DNA from: Iphione sp. A-MEVVRFRX5
Taxonomy: Eukaryota
DNA length: 64,000 nucleotides
Reading direction: 5' to 3'
Assembly: GCA_976226885.1 (NCBI GenBank)
Contig: OZ320316.1
Span: forward strand, 44,144,001-44,208,000
Of the stretch, positions 51,601-62,142 are shown in pieces (position 1 is the first letter of the stretch; every line of letters starts with the position of its first letter). The notes under the pieces were generated by a model that did not search any database, was not told the origin of the DNA, and saw only the letters and a program-made list of their open reading frames with translations. The position numbers were made by a program, and so were the translations under genes.

Positions 51601-54600
51601 GAGACTTCAGAAGGGAGGGGGAGGGGTGGGCAGCATTCCGGTCACCTCTGAGTCGGAAGAGAATCAGAGAGAATGCCCACCTCTTCTCCGAAGCTAGCCA
51701 AGTAGGACCAAGCGGATGTATTGGTCTAGGCCTCCTTGATGTGTCTGTGCTTACACATGCTCAGAGCTGTTAGCAAAGAGCAGAGAAGTTATGTCTTCCT
51801 CTACATGAACTGCATCGCCAAAATCTCCCAGAGCAGCTGCTGGGGAAACCGTATAGGTGAAGATGTCGGAAGTAAAGAAGGAAATACAGGTGATAGAATA
51901 AATTTCCATTGTCAAACGGGAGTTTTGGGACCAGATCATAGGGAGTAGTGAGCAAGCAGGAACCAATGTAGCTGACAATTTATCGGAGAAGAAAGAAACA
52001 TTATGGGGAAAAATGGAATCGGAAATAGGAAAGATAATCAAAATCCATCAGTATGCGACCCTATCCTTGAGGAGGGATGGGGTGAATAGGGAGAAATTAC
52101 AAGAACAGCAAAGTAATCCTCCGAGATGAGAAGGCGGGAAATTTCGAATTGCCCGCCGCTGGATAACGCTATCCCAGAAGTGCGCTGGACCGGAACGTCA
52201 TTCTACACACAGCGTCTTCGGAGGGAAGAAGATGTCGTGGGAATGTAAGCAGTGCGTGATCCCGCCTTTTGTCAATAAGTATAACCTTCAACGACACCAG
52301 CGAGAGAAGCATCAGCAGGCCGGCATGGTGAAAATAAGATGGATGGCCTGTCCCTGGTGTCCCGGGAAGGTTTACGCATGTGATTATACGGGGTGGGAAA
52401 GTCACCTTCATAGCCAACATCGGCGAACCGCGGAACACTTCATTGGGCAGAAAGATTTGTATTACATATTTGCTGTCCGCCCAGCTAATTGGAAAATTCC
52501 AGCCGAGGAGGTCGCATCGGAGGAAGATAGAACACAGGCGCTAGAATTAATGAGATTGTGGCGACAGAGAGAGGGAGAGCCCCGCTCGATAGGCTCTTCA
52601 AGGGCAGCCAGTCGAGTGGATGACGGACAACAGCCAAGTACGTCTGCCGGGGCTACTCCGACAAGAAAGATGCCAAAGCGGGGTGTCAAGAAGACAACAG
52701 AGAAGTCAGGAACAGATAAGAAAATGAGATTGGAAAAGGAGGTGGAGCTGGTGAACCAAGGGAAGAAGGCGAAGAAAGTACAGCAACGGGACTCGGAGGG
52801 AAGATCGGAAGAAGACTTGGAAAATCAATCGGAAGAACTGACGGAGACAGGAAAGAGAGGGGAGGAACCAAAGAAAAGCCAGGAGCAAGGGTGCGAACTC
52901 GAAATAAGCGATATCAGCATGTCTTACGATACCCCATCGGTGGTTCAGGCAGCTGATCGTATTTATGAAGAACAGCATGGACGGGCTTCGCCAGCTGGGG
53001 AAACCGTGATCGGTGATAGAGAAGAGCAGGTTGAAGAAGGCATGACAGAAGAGCAAGTTAAAGAACCAAGGATAGAAAGGCAGAAAACAAGACAGCAGAA
53101 ACCATCCGTGGTAGTTCATACCGATGAAGGTATCGGAGAAGGGAGGGATGGTGAGACAGTTCCGCCTGGAGAACCTTCTCCAGCTGATGGACTTAACATA
53201 CAGGCCTCGTTGAGTGAACCCCCCATTGAAGAATTCCAGGAACCGGCGCTTCCAGGAAAGTCTCTGACAGAGACATCAACCGAAGACGTCTGGGTACCGG
53301 AGAAGTCACCACCACTCCGGAACGAAGGAAGTGCTGACAAGGGCGGGGCGACGCAACATGAGTTAGAAGATACCGCGTCTATTCCGAAGGGACCCCCTCC
53401 AGACAGGCCGGGCGAGGATCCAGTCGAGACACCTGTGAAGACGACCACGCCTCCGAGACCTGGCTCCTCTAAAACAACAGAAGCAGGGGAGGAACCGGTG
53501 TCCCTAGCATTTCGTAAATGGGTGGGAGCTACAGCAGATGGACTTGTGCGGCCCTTCTGTGGCGTCGCCCGGAGGGTGCCCACCCAACCTGTCACGACAG
53601 CGCCCAAGTGTATCTGGCCGCTGGAAGGATGGGAGAAGTTTTCAGCAGAGCAGAAATACGCTGTGTCTCTCTTGATGGCTACTGTGACTGCAATGGGTGA
53701 AGGTCCACTGGCCATCGGAGATCCCATCAAGCCGCTGAGGGATCGCCCTTGGTTATTGCTTCCTGGAGCACGCCGACCAGGGACAACTGATGCGTGGGGT
53801 CTGCCTAATGCGGAACCTAACTATGAGGTGGAACACCACAATGCCACAGTACAACACTTGATTACCTTAACAGACCAGTACGCTGACGACCCGATCACCG
53901 AAACCGAGCTAGACATCCTCCAGATGATGGTTGACGACATTGAATCTAAACAGCAAGGCTCCTTCCAGGCACAGGTCCGGAAGAATACCGATCCTCGGAT
54001 AGAAATGCTAAGCATGGACGATCTCTAAGGACATTAGAATGACTTAATTTGTTCCTTCCCCCCTGCATGATTGACAGACGTTTGAAAATGATGACCCTCC
54101 CTTGTTCTAAGAAAAGGAAAAAAAAAAAAAGGACTTATAATCTCTGTGAGGTTAAACCAAGAAAAAAATAATAAAAAGGAAAAAAATTACAAAAACCCCC
54201 TTTTAACCATGTCTTAGGTATTAAGAATGAAGGTTGAAACGAATTGCTGTCAAAAATTTTCTTGTGAATAGGTATAAGTCCAGAAATTCCGAAAGATTCT
54301 TCGGAAGAAAAGTTGGTAAGTATAGGTGAGTGAAAACCCTGTTTTCCCTCTTAAGGTGGGGGAAGTGTAGCGTTTCGGTGTTTGGTATGAACAAAATGCG
54401 CATTGAGTGTGTTTCTCCGAAAGGGTTCTCGGAGGATAATCCTCCGAAATAGCCACCGGTGGCGTGGGGTGGGAAGAACATTCTGGAAACTCCCCTAGGA
54501 GGGAGTACGTGTGTACTGAGCATGGCTCGGAAGGTTCTGGAAAGGATCTCTCTAGAAGGATCCAAGGTAGTATATGCTATGGAAGGTTCTAGAAGGGAAC

Positions 54601-57600
54601 TCTCCAGAAGGATCCTATAGAGAAAGGTAGTATGTGCTGTAGAAGGTTCTAGAAGCACCCCTCCAGAAAGATCTCTGGGGGAGGGTGTTACTATTTTTAA
54701 GACTGTACCATGGCTAATTTTAGAGCCAGACTCTGTATATAAGGGCACTGATTTCTTGAATAAAGACAGTTCTCATCCGGACTTGGAAGTGAGAGCAACA
54801 ACGCATACTCTGTGTGGAAGTTCTTTATTTCACGATAGCCATCTGGCCTGACGACGACCGACACGTTACAATACTTTGGATTATTCTGTGTATTTTATAT
54901 AAAGACAGTTTTATGCAAGTTGTCACATTTAAGCAGTGTCAGTTTTTTTTTATCTAGCTAACATATGACTGCTGCTCAAGTTAGACATGTCTAGTGACAC
55001 ACTCCTAGTGTATGTATATCTTATGGTGTCCACCACACTGTGTGATACAACTGATATGCAGCATAATTCATTTTATTACTTACTTTATTATATTCTGTTC
55101 ACCACGTTTTTCTGTTCACGTTTCTGTTCATTATCCATGAAAAACATTGTTTGTAACAACAAAGATGGTTATAAACAACCTATAAACTAAACAGACAACC
55201 TGTGTCATCATTGCCTTGGCTGTAGTCTCTGCACCCACCTCTGCCATGGGGTGGGTGCAGGGGTGGGCGCCTGTGTCCACTTGGTAAAATGGTTGGCAAT
55301 CATTATGATGTGCCACTTTCCCCCCTTGATGGCTGGGAATGGTCCACAGACATCAATGGCCACTATCTCCCAGGGGCCTGGTACCACTCCTAGCTGGAGC
55401 GGGGCCTGATATTTCCATCCTGGGTCCTGTTTCCTGCTTCTGGCAAAGGAGGCAAGCACAGTTCCACCCCTCTACATCTCTGCTCAGTCTGGGCCAGAAA
55501 AACTTGAACCAGTCGCCGTCTGGGTCGGTAGAATATTTCCATGTCATAGGTAATGGACCGCCTCCAACCAGTGAGCCAGTTGGCCGTCGGACAGATTGAA
55601 GTTACAAAGCCAGTGGAATGAACTGTGGTCCATTCAGATAACCATTCGCCGCCCTCCCATATACGTCTCGAACTTCTGCCGACCAAACACGATCACAAGC
55701 AACTCTTTCTGGATGACACAGAAGTCCCTCTCAGGTCAGGTCAGATTCCAGCTAGTACAAATTCCTGCTCATTTTGTTCCTGGGACAACACAGCGCCAAC
55801 GGTATCCAGCATCGGCGGTTGCCCGACTTGTGGGTAGGCCAGCATAGGAGCCATTGTCAAATGAGTCTACATCATGAAAAAGGCGGCCTGGCAATCTTCT
55901 TTCCATCAGAATTCTTGCCTCTTCTCCAGGAATTCATGAAGGGGGGCGGGGGCACCTGTGAAAGCTCCGGTAGTACAAGCATAACCCTATGAAACTCCGA
56001 AGTTCTGTGAAGCACCACCAGGCCAGCCACTTCTCCAGATCACCTTGGTCAACACTTGATGTTCCAGAAAGGCCACCTCCTGCCAGAAGAGTTGACATTT
56101 AGCCAGATACATCTTCAGCCCTGCTTGGCGTAACTGCCCAAACACCTCTTGTAGCCGTTTCATCATCTCAGCCACAGTCCATCGAATGACGATGATGTCG
56201 TCCAGGTACACCAAGCAGCTGGTCCCAGTGAACCACAGCCTCCATCAGGCATTAAAAGGTGCAGGGCATGTTGCAGAGCCCAAAGGGCATCACCGTGAAC
56301 TGGCAGAGCTGCCCTGGTCTTCTCCATGTCCTCTGGGTGCACGGCTACCTGCCAATATCCACTGGCTAGGTCCAACACTGAGAAACACCAGGTCCCTTTC
56401 AGCGTGTCCATGGTATCATTGATGTGGGGCAGGGGGTTCACATATTTCTTCGGCACTCGGTTCAGGGACTAGTAATCAATGCAAGAAGCACCAACTGTGG
56501 TACACACCATGACAATGGGAGAAGCTTACAGGCTGATTGAGGGCTCCAGCATCCCTTGGTCCACCATCTTCTGTGCCTCTCACTGTATGGCAGCCCTCTT
56601 CACTGGTAGATGAATCCATCCTTGTACCTGCAGTGGACTCTCATTCACGCAGAGGATCCTACCAGCTGCCGGTTTCAAATCGTGGAGGTGCAGGGCATGT
56701 GCAATGTCCGAGTGCCAACTCTCCCTCTCCAGGGTGAATTTGTCCCCCGTTGATAGTTGCAGTATGCAAAGATGCTTCTTTAGTTACATCTCAGCCATCA
56801 GCTCGACCTTGCTCCCCTCCTCTTTGGCTGTGGTCACCCGCCTACTGCGAGGGGGCAGCCACCACTTTGTTTTCCGAAGCTGCCTCCACTGGCAAAGCTT
56901 GGGGCACTCCGACCTTAAATAACCGGGATCATCATAGTTGAAGCAGTTCTTCCAAATGGTGTATTATCCCTCCTTACCACTGGTTGGTTGTGCAGTGACT
57001 AACTGCAGGGGGAGCTGTTCCATGGTCCCTGTAGCCTTGGGGGCGGGTGCTGCTGGTGATAGCATTGGCTTGTCTGGCATGTTGGCCTCCAACCGGTGTA
57101 TATTCTTCACAGGAGTGCATCCCTGCTTTACCTCCTTAGTGTGACTCAGCCATCTGGGCAGTGAACAATGTCTCAAGGAAAGTGGCCATCCGTGCTTCTT
57201 GGGTGACCCACTTCATGACCTTCTCATTCACAGAGGCCTCCACAAAATATTTGCGGCATATGCAATCCCTCCATTTGCCACTGGCCTCGGGATAAGCCAG
57301 TTGTACCAGGACTTCCACCTCATCAAGCCCCTCCTCCTTGCCTTGCTTTCTTGCCTTGAGCTGCTGCATGTTGCTGTCAGTATGGTGCTTGGATTGGAAA
57401 CGCTCAGTGAAGGCATCCACCAGGTCTTGATATGCTCCCTGTCAGGCCACATCATTGCTAGAACTACATAGCATGCTGTGAGCTGCCTTGTTCTAGGTAA
57501 TGCCTAGTTCCACCGCCTTGTCCTTCTACATCCAGTCATTTGCCATGGTGACAAGCTCGATATGTTGGAGGAAGTTTCTTAAGGGGATACTTCTTTCATA

Positions 57601-60600
57601 GGTGTTAAATCAGGCTTGCATCTTCTGGGGGGTGTCCTTGGGGTGCAGCACCATCCTCAATTCTTGTATGACAACGGGGCCATACCATTTTCCTTTTCCT
57701 GCTCTTCCAGAATGTCATTGCTGACCTCCAGGTCCACTTCTGTGCTATGCTCTTCCTTTTCAACTTCAGCGGCTCTACTGGTCCAGGCCCCTTATCTGAT
57801 CTGCTTAGGGGTGGACTCTTATCTCTGGCTCACTCTGCCAGGACCTGACTGTCCGCTTTGGCGTTTTCTTGTTTCTAAACATCGGATGAGACAGCGGCTT
57901 GGAACATGTAGGATCTGCTCTTGATTTGACATTGTTGACTCACTGAATCTGGGAGGCGGCGTCAGTTAGCCTTAAACTAGCCAGGTGCCCGGCTGCCAAG
58001 TAGAATCCGAGTTCGTTAAAAGAATTGGTGGATTATTGATGAAAAATCAAGCATTGTACAATTCCACCCCTAAATGAAACGCATTATATACAGCTTATAT
58101 TCCATTGATCTCGTCCCCTCTCTCCCTGAAGAATGCTATCCCAGCTCTTTTCACCTCAAGTAGCACGTATGTCGCTTTCTACACTATAGAGATCACATTT
58201 GACAGAAGCACGAGGTCTATCCTATTAGAATGGAATATACTCTTTTTAATTGTGAAAAGCATCGCACTTACGACACTGGACAGAACTAGTTATTTATGTG
58301 GTTACAAACAGGTTTAGAAATAAAGCAATATATTCCATAGATCAATTTTTCACACAGGATTCTGATGCCTTATATATTCTATGAAATTCCTTTGCACATG
58401 CGTTCATGTGGCTCTCACTGGCATTCTCTTTATTGACAACCCTAGGGTATCTGAAATACCTTCATCACCCGGCATATCGAGTGGTGGCTATTCATGTCCC
58501 GGAGGGCTTTAACATGGATAAGGCACGTAAGTAAATATTACTGGACATCAATGCACGCATGTTGTAGATACTGTAGTTGGATGTTCTGAACTGACCAAAT
58601 GTCTTTGTACTTCATAAATGCTATAGTAATTAAACACAAACATCCTATAAGACTAATGTACCATTCACTAAGTTGTCAGACACCCAACTTCAATGCAGTG
58701 TTTGTTTGCCTTTTGTTACATCATAATAGACATTCCACAAATCAGGCCACATCCTTTTTTATCATAGAACAAAATTACAAAATTGTTTTGTAACAGTTTT
58801 CTTTTAACCATTTGGCGATGGGCTACTTGTCTGCTTCACAACGTGTTTCATGTTCCAAAATGCTGCAACCTCCTAAATGGAACTGTTCTACAATGGTTCT
58901 ACATGTGTCTTGCAGAAAAGGAGATCGCCAAAGGAGGTCAGATGAAACAGTCGCTAGAAAGGCAGTACTCGAAGATTACAGAACTAGAAGAACGTTATCA
59001 GCACAAGATGCATGCTGCTGGGGTTAGTGCCTAAAAGGACATTAAAGAATGGCAAATGACAAAATAGCGTATCGACAAAATGGCAATCATATAGCGCAAT
59101 AAATCCCTTTTTACCTGCTATAAATAATATACGTCAGCCTGTTTGGCAAGTCAATGTCTTAGGAAAAAATCCTTTCCCTAGACCTCCTTCTTACTCATGC
59201 ATTTCTACGCATTCTCAACCTGTCTAATTAAAACACAATTCAAGAAGGACTTTGGCTGGCGGTAGTACACTCACCCGGTTCAATTACATGGAATCGTTTC
59301 CAAGGCAAATGTTTTATCAGACGAAGCGGAGCCACTTACAAACATACAAGCAATGAATGAGACCGTATTGGGTGAATGGTACCGGACATTAAAACTGGAC
59401 AAGGTAGACCTATTGAGAAAGTTCCCTGAAATAGCACAGGGTGATTTAAGTCAGTTCAATCGACCTCTTGTTGGGAGGTCGTGATACGTTCAACTTCACT
59501 GGTCTTTGATTGTTGACATCAGTAAGGGAATGCATAACTGTAATGAGTGCATTTGGTTTAGTGGCATCAGCATTCAAAGACACGTAAATGTGGGCAATAT
59601 CCAAGCCTCTAGATAAGTGATAGGTTTAGGTGGCTCCACAGGGAGGTATTCATCACTATTATAAAGAAAGAGACAAAAAGAGGACACAAAAATACATTTT
59701 GCGGGTGTACAGAATTAAAACGAATGTGGAAGAGGCAGAGAGAAAATTAGGGTTAAAAGAGTGAGACGGAACAAGAGGGCAAGAAAGTGTGTGATAGGTA
59801 TATACACATAGAGAGAGAAAATGTAGAAGAGATAATTGGAGAAAAATGAAGAAAAACAGGAGAAAGAGAATGATAGAGACAGACAAGAGAAATAAAGAGA
59901 CGAAAATGTTGTCAGACAGAAAAGGGAAGGAAAAGACAAACAAGGCATGCCTGTGATTAGGAGGAACATAATCAGGGCTTCAATCACAACTTTGAAGGAA
60001 AATTTAACATTGTTCTGAGGGAGAGGTAAGGTTCTGACTGGACGGCGCAGAGCGAGAAACAGGGTGTACATTATCCACAAGATACGACTTAGAATGCTCA
60101 ACATTACTGTGCCGTTTTGTCACCAAATTCTTAGTTACCATCCTGCTCCGGATGTTCTCAATACAGATATTCTCATCAACCAAGCTGATGTTTTAGCCCG
60201 GTTACCAACTGCTTATTATTCTATATAAACAATTGTAGGAACAACAATATAAATTACCCACGTAGTAAATCCCGTCGATTTTGATTGAAATAACAATACT
60301 GTAACAAAGACACTTCCTCTGATATGGTTCAGTCTGAGCTCTGGAGCTTTTTACTTTCGAGGTGGTCTCAACAGCATTTCTGGTAAAAGTGCATAAGTAC
60401 ATTGTAAAGAATAGCACATTAATTATTATATATGTTGAGTAATGTTTCACCGACCCTACATTTTTCCAGCCTGTTACAGGAATCACAGATATTGTTTAGT
60501 ACTTATTTCCTGTCAATCTTAATGGGATACGAGCAGTACACTGAAACCGATAACGGGTATGAATGTTTCATCGAGAATCCCAGCCTACGCTTCCATGTTC

Positions 60601-62142
60601 TGCCAACTGAAATACATAGGATGGGAAAATTATCTTCTCTCTGGAGAAATGCCACCCTTCTCTGAAACGTATATAAGCTTATCCGCAGGACCGATAACAA
60701 ATACTTCCATAAAATATGTCCCGTACAGTTTAGGTTAACAAGTACAAATGATTTTCGATCAGTAGATTTCTTGAAGCAACAGTATATAAAATATCTATTA
60801 GGAACGGTTTTTAGGCCTGTGATCAGCTTGCTATCCTCGACCAGTGACGGGCTGCCGATATCAGCGTTGCATCTGGTGCTCCTATCAGCCCGGCACCGAC
60901 TGCCATTATCCATCGGATATTCGTGTACAGCTGGAATAAAAAAAATGGGCGATATGCTAAATTATGGACCAGATATAAAGGGGCCTGACTGGAACGAGAA
61001 ATGTTATCTCTTTCACAAAATTCTAGATCATGTCCTCCGATGTTGCACCCCTGTTGCACTCATGTTTCTGTAAGGGGAGGAAAGAGAGAACATGACGTGT
61101 TGGCCACAGCATCACGACAAGATATGTGGCTCGCGTCGAAATCCTGAAGTGCAGAAAATGTTCAAAATGGAGGAACGCGATACAATTCCATACAAGAACA
61201 TAACCAGAATAGGGAATGATCATATACGTGGAGCATAGTTTCAGTTTCTTGAATTATATGTGGCCAGCTAGGGAAAAAGATACTTATAGAGTGCACTCCT
61301 CTATAATGTAGACATCCTACATGCTGTGAAATATGTAAATAAATCTTAAATTTTCATTCTTACACAGAAGCGGTTCTAAAAAGATATTTTTGAAAGGGTT
61401 TCAGTACTTCATAGGACATATTTTAACACTTCTGCATTATGTAGGCAGCTAAAACAATCCTTAAAATCTGTCACCATGGTAACCTAATAGCTCTTTTAAT
61501 ATCTGATCACATGACTCAAAATTGCTAAATAAGGAATACAAATTTACCAAACGAATGTTTGCAACAGATTCTACATGAAAAATTAGCAAGTAGTGGTTTT
61601 CACGACTAGATTTCCATTTCCACCATTTTTAGGCCTGTAATATGGTTATTTTACATTTTAACTTTAATGCATTGGATACCCCTTTTTTGATGGTCACATA
61701 TATAGTATTATTTTGAATAATGCCAAATATACCAACTGCCAGTATAGGTCTTTGGATCATCACGGGCATCGCAGGGACGGAGATGGAGGATATTGTCTGA
61801 TAAATAATTTGTCCAGCATTTCATTGGGTACACAAGAGGTCCTCTGTACACTTCAGTAAGGGGTCTTTTTTTAAAGAATGTGTAAGTAGATCTCATCTTA
61901 ATAAATCTGTATATCCTTATTTCCAGGTTAAAGGCACTGTGCTTTCTGTGCCCAGTAAGAATGCGGGGCAGACAATAATCGAGACAGCACACGAGGAAGG
62001 AGCATTCGCCATCGTCATGGGAACGCGAGGCCGCAGTAAGATAAAAAAGGCCATCCTGGGATCCGTTAGTGACTATGTTGTGCAGAACGCAGACACTCCG
62101 ACAATTGTGGTGCGCAAGCGCGAACCAGGTGCAGTGCCGTAA
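36700..62142 (+). CDS. Universal stress protein (USP/UspA family), 160 aa; exons 36700-36778, 58446-58526, 58916-59022, 61927-62142
   Basis: Joined protein MDANSAEIKTIAIAVDPTEFAEYAFD-WYLKYLHHPAYRVVAIHVPEGFNMDKA-QKEIAKGGQMKQSLERQYSKITELEERYQHKMHAAG-VKGTVLSVPSKNAGQTIIETAHEEGAFAIVMGTRGRSKIKKAILGSVSDYVVQNADTPTIVVRK...*. It has the IAVD..AF.W start and an intact G-2x-G-9x-GS motif. Introns are GT-AG with phases 1, 1, 0. Confidence 0.9.
41034..41364 (+). mobile_element. tRNA-derived SINE with a Meta-core-like central block and (TGAAA)n tail
   Basis: A box TAGCTCAGTGG (41041-41051) and B box GGTTCAATCCC (41084-41094), but no complete cloverleaf. AAAGGCTGTGG...TGCATAAAAGA core; ends ATACAATGAAATGAAAT. 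Confidence 0.72.
44950..47540 (-). mobile_element. Decayed non-LTR retrotransposon with RNase H (I/Ingi-like group)
   Basis: RT remnants RVPQEGVLRTLLFNSIM and LSYTYDFAII (46335-46739). RNase H remnants IYTDDS, TIEL and WIPSHMGITGKIAADRAAK (45884-45350). C-terminal Cys/His remnant. Many stops. A further RNase-H-like scrap (STEMAAITAGL) lies near 44360. Confidence 0.85.
47730..48234 (+). repeat. 5' LTR
   Basis: TGTAGCG...CGTTACA; TATATAA at 48100-48106; AATAAA at 48123-48128. Confidence 0.97.
47840..48106 (+). promoter_or_regulatory. Array of four perfect heat-shock elements followed by a TATA box in the LTR U3
   Basis: GAAcaTTCtgGAA 47840-47852, GAAggTTCtgGAA 47894-47906, GAAggTTCtaGAA 47946-47958, GAAggTTCtaGAA 48006-48018. 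The same array lies at 54476-54654 in the 3' LTR. Confidence 0.8.
48237..48256 (+). other. Primer-binding site complementary to the 3' end of tRNA-Leu
   Basis: TGGTGGCAGCGGTGGGATTC, 2 nt after the LTR, is the complement of GAATCCCACCGCTGCCA-CCA, the typical eukaryotic tRNA-Leu 3' end. Confidence 0.88.
48287..49843 (+). CDS. gag: Gypsy Gag (518 aa from the first ATG)
   Basis: Uninterrupted ORF with KPERYDGTYDWEDWHSRFEEWAKVSAW...LSLTGAA, QLMYQAYP, FFRRAL and a zinc knuckle CWHCGSEDHFKRNC. Confidence 0.92.
   Translation: MDTNTASPEKDGYSLSESDRDHLRPMREGGNGLQRRRCGPVRDYLSATERQGSEYEDSDMMNMTEEIADGSTKDHEEGNLPSRGEASVAGGRGEISVVVCSCSEGEEQEKDQPPGGESVRVFSRQRRPRRLLEITSGGCEEDRKRPGLGEDSGSNDATLPTESCSRRRFDQEVERTASQEEPTSEWDGLLEEFGAFLRRQEKQGRRIPGPGQKPSMPQKYNEFPKLSPPTEMKSSSRLKLVKPERYDGTYDWEDWHSRFEEWAKVSAWDEETKKNMLVLSLTGAARIFYSNLTSAETCTYQRRVNALFNRFGEGREKIQAVQKLTTLRRTGNQTPRQLANEVCQLMYQAYPDVDRETRDSLSVNFFRRALDGEMKLRCACAKIETLEEAIQVVEMEERYTSRGKTPTSWTEGGDADQLEAVRRKDEEKLAWRDARLYWRGAPARERVFPKKGKKGRNESGKIVCWHCGSEDHFKRNCPHLQPNVKPAVTLVELPGNGEAPPALAAKWGRWQVQVCVSL
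49768..49817 (+). promoter_or_regulatory. -1 programmed ribosomal frameshift signal
   Basis: In-frame G GGA AAC (49768-49774), an 8-nt spacer and a stem GCCACCG (49783-49789) / CGGTGGC (49811-49817). The protease remnant is in the -1 frame. Confidence 0.7.
49775..51420 (+). pseudogene. pol: Eroded pol: protease with LIDPRA in place of L-D-T-G-A, an RT C-terminal scrap and an integrase C-terminal scrap
   Basis: LPVKIVGQKMDHLIDPRAEAAV; VQRLRDAGLKSKLKKCDLF...HVV (50243-50452); LIWLYDP...KKGKL...W and KRTVVHKNRIHPY. No YxDD, RNase H or integrase core was seen. Confidence 0.8.
52232..54028 (+). CDS. Accessory 598-aa ORF in the env position with two N-terminal C2H2-like zinc fingers, an acidic/Pro-rich linker and a globular-looking C-terminus
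   Basis: CKQC-x13-HQREKH and CPWC-x14-HLHSQH. The ORF is stop-free for 1.8 kb, starts with ATG and follows an acceptor-like TTCTACACACAG (52201-52212). No signal peptide or TM segment is apparent. Confidence 0.85.
   Translation: MSWECKQCVIPPFVNKYNLQRHQREKHQQAGMVKIRWMACPWCPGKVYACDYTGWESHLHSQHRRTAEHFIGQKDLYYIFAVRPANWKIPAEEVASEEDRTQALELMRLWRQREGEPRSIGSSRAASRVDDGQQPSTSAGATPTRKMPKRGVKKTTEKSGTDKKMRLEKEVELVNQGKKAKKVQQRDSEGRSEEDLENQSEELTETGKRGEEPKKSQEQGCELEISDISMSYDTPSVVQAADRIYEEQHGRASPAGETVIGDREEQVEEGMTEEQVKEPRIERQKTRQQKPSVVVHTDEGIGEGRDGETVPPGEPSPADGLNIQASLSEPPIEEFQEPALPGKSLTETSTEDVWVPEKSPPLRNEGSADKGGATQHELEDTASIPKGPPPDRPGEDPVETPVKTTTPPRPGSSKTTEAGEEPVSLAFRKWVGATADGLVRPFCGVARRVPTQPVTTAPKCIWPLEGWEKFSAEQKYAVSLLMATVTAMGEGPLAIGDPIKPLRDRPWLLLPGARRPGTTDAWGLPNAEPNYEVEHHNATVQHLITLTDQYADDPITETELDILQMMVDDIESKQQGSFQAQVRKNTDPRIEMLSMDDL
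54353..54365 (+). other. Polypurine tract
   Basis: AAGGTGGGGGAAG directly before the 3' LTR. Confidence 0.9.
54366..54870 (+). repeat. 3' LTR
   Basis: Identical to the 5' LTR except 48022 T vs 54658 C and 48144 A vs 54780 G. Confidence 0.97.
55200..57960 (-). mobile_element. Old, decayed Gypsy element (gag-pol remnants); no LTR pair recognised
   Basis: Gag QLKARKQG...QLAYP and degenerate knuckle CFNYDDPGYLRSEC; RT PLPHINDTMDTL, FSVLDLASGYWQV, VYLDDIIV, LRQAGLKM..AKC; integrase WPRLSRDV..C..CQ and PWEIVAIDVCGPFP...HFTKW. Multiple frameshifts and deletions. Confidence 0.9.
59660..59945. repeat. Purine-rich (GA/GAA) low-complexity tract
   Basis: Visible GA-rich composition; it explains the Phe/Leu/Ser-rich antisense ORFs. 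A mirror pyrimidine tract lies at about 35530-35760. Confidence 0.8.

Larger units (their letters stand above)
47730..54870 (+). mobile_element. Young non-autonomous Gypsy/Ty3 LTR retrotransposon (7141 bp): LTR-PBS-gag-(-1 frameshift)-eroded pol-zinc-finger ORF-PPT-LTR
   Basis: Two 505-bp TG...CA LTRs differing at 2 positions, 4-bp TSD ATAC on both sides, tRNA-Leu PBS, PPT and gag with a CCHC knuckle. Confidence 0.97.

Noticed and set aside
59659-60104. Hydrophobic Phe/Leu-rich ORFs (also 35524-35855)
   Set aside because: Translations of purine/pyrimidine low-complexity tracts.
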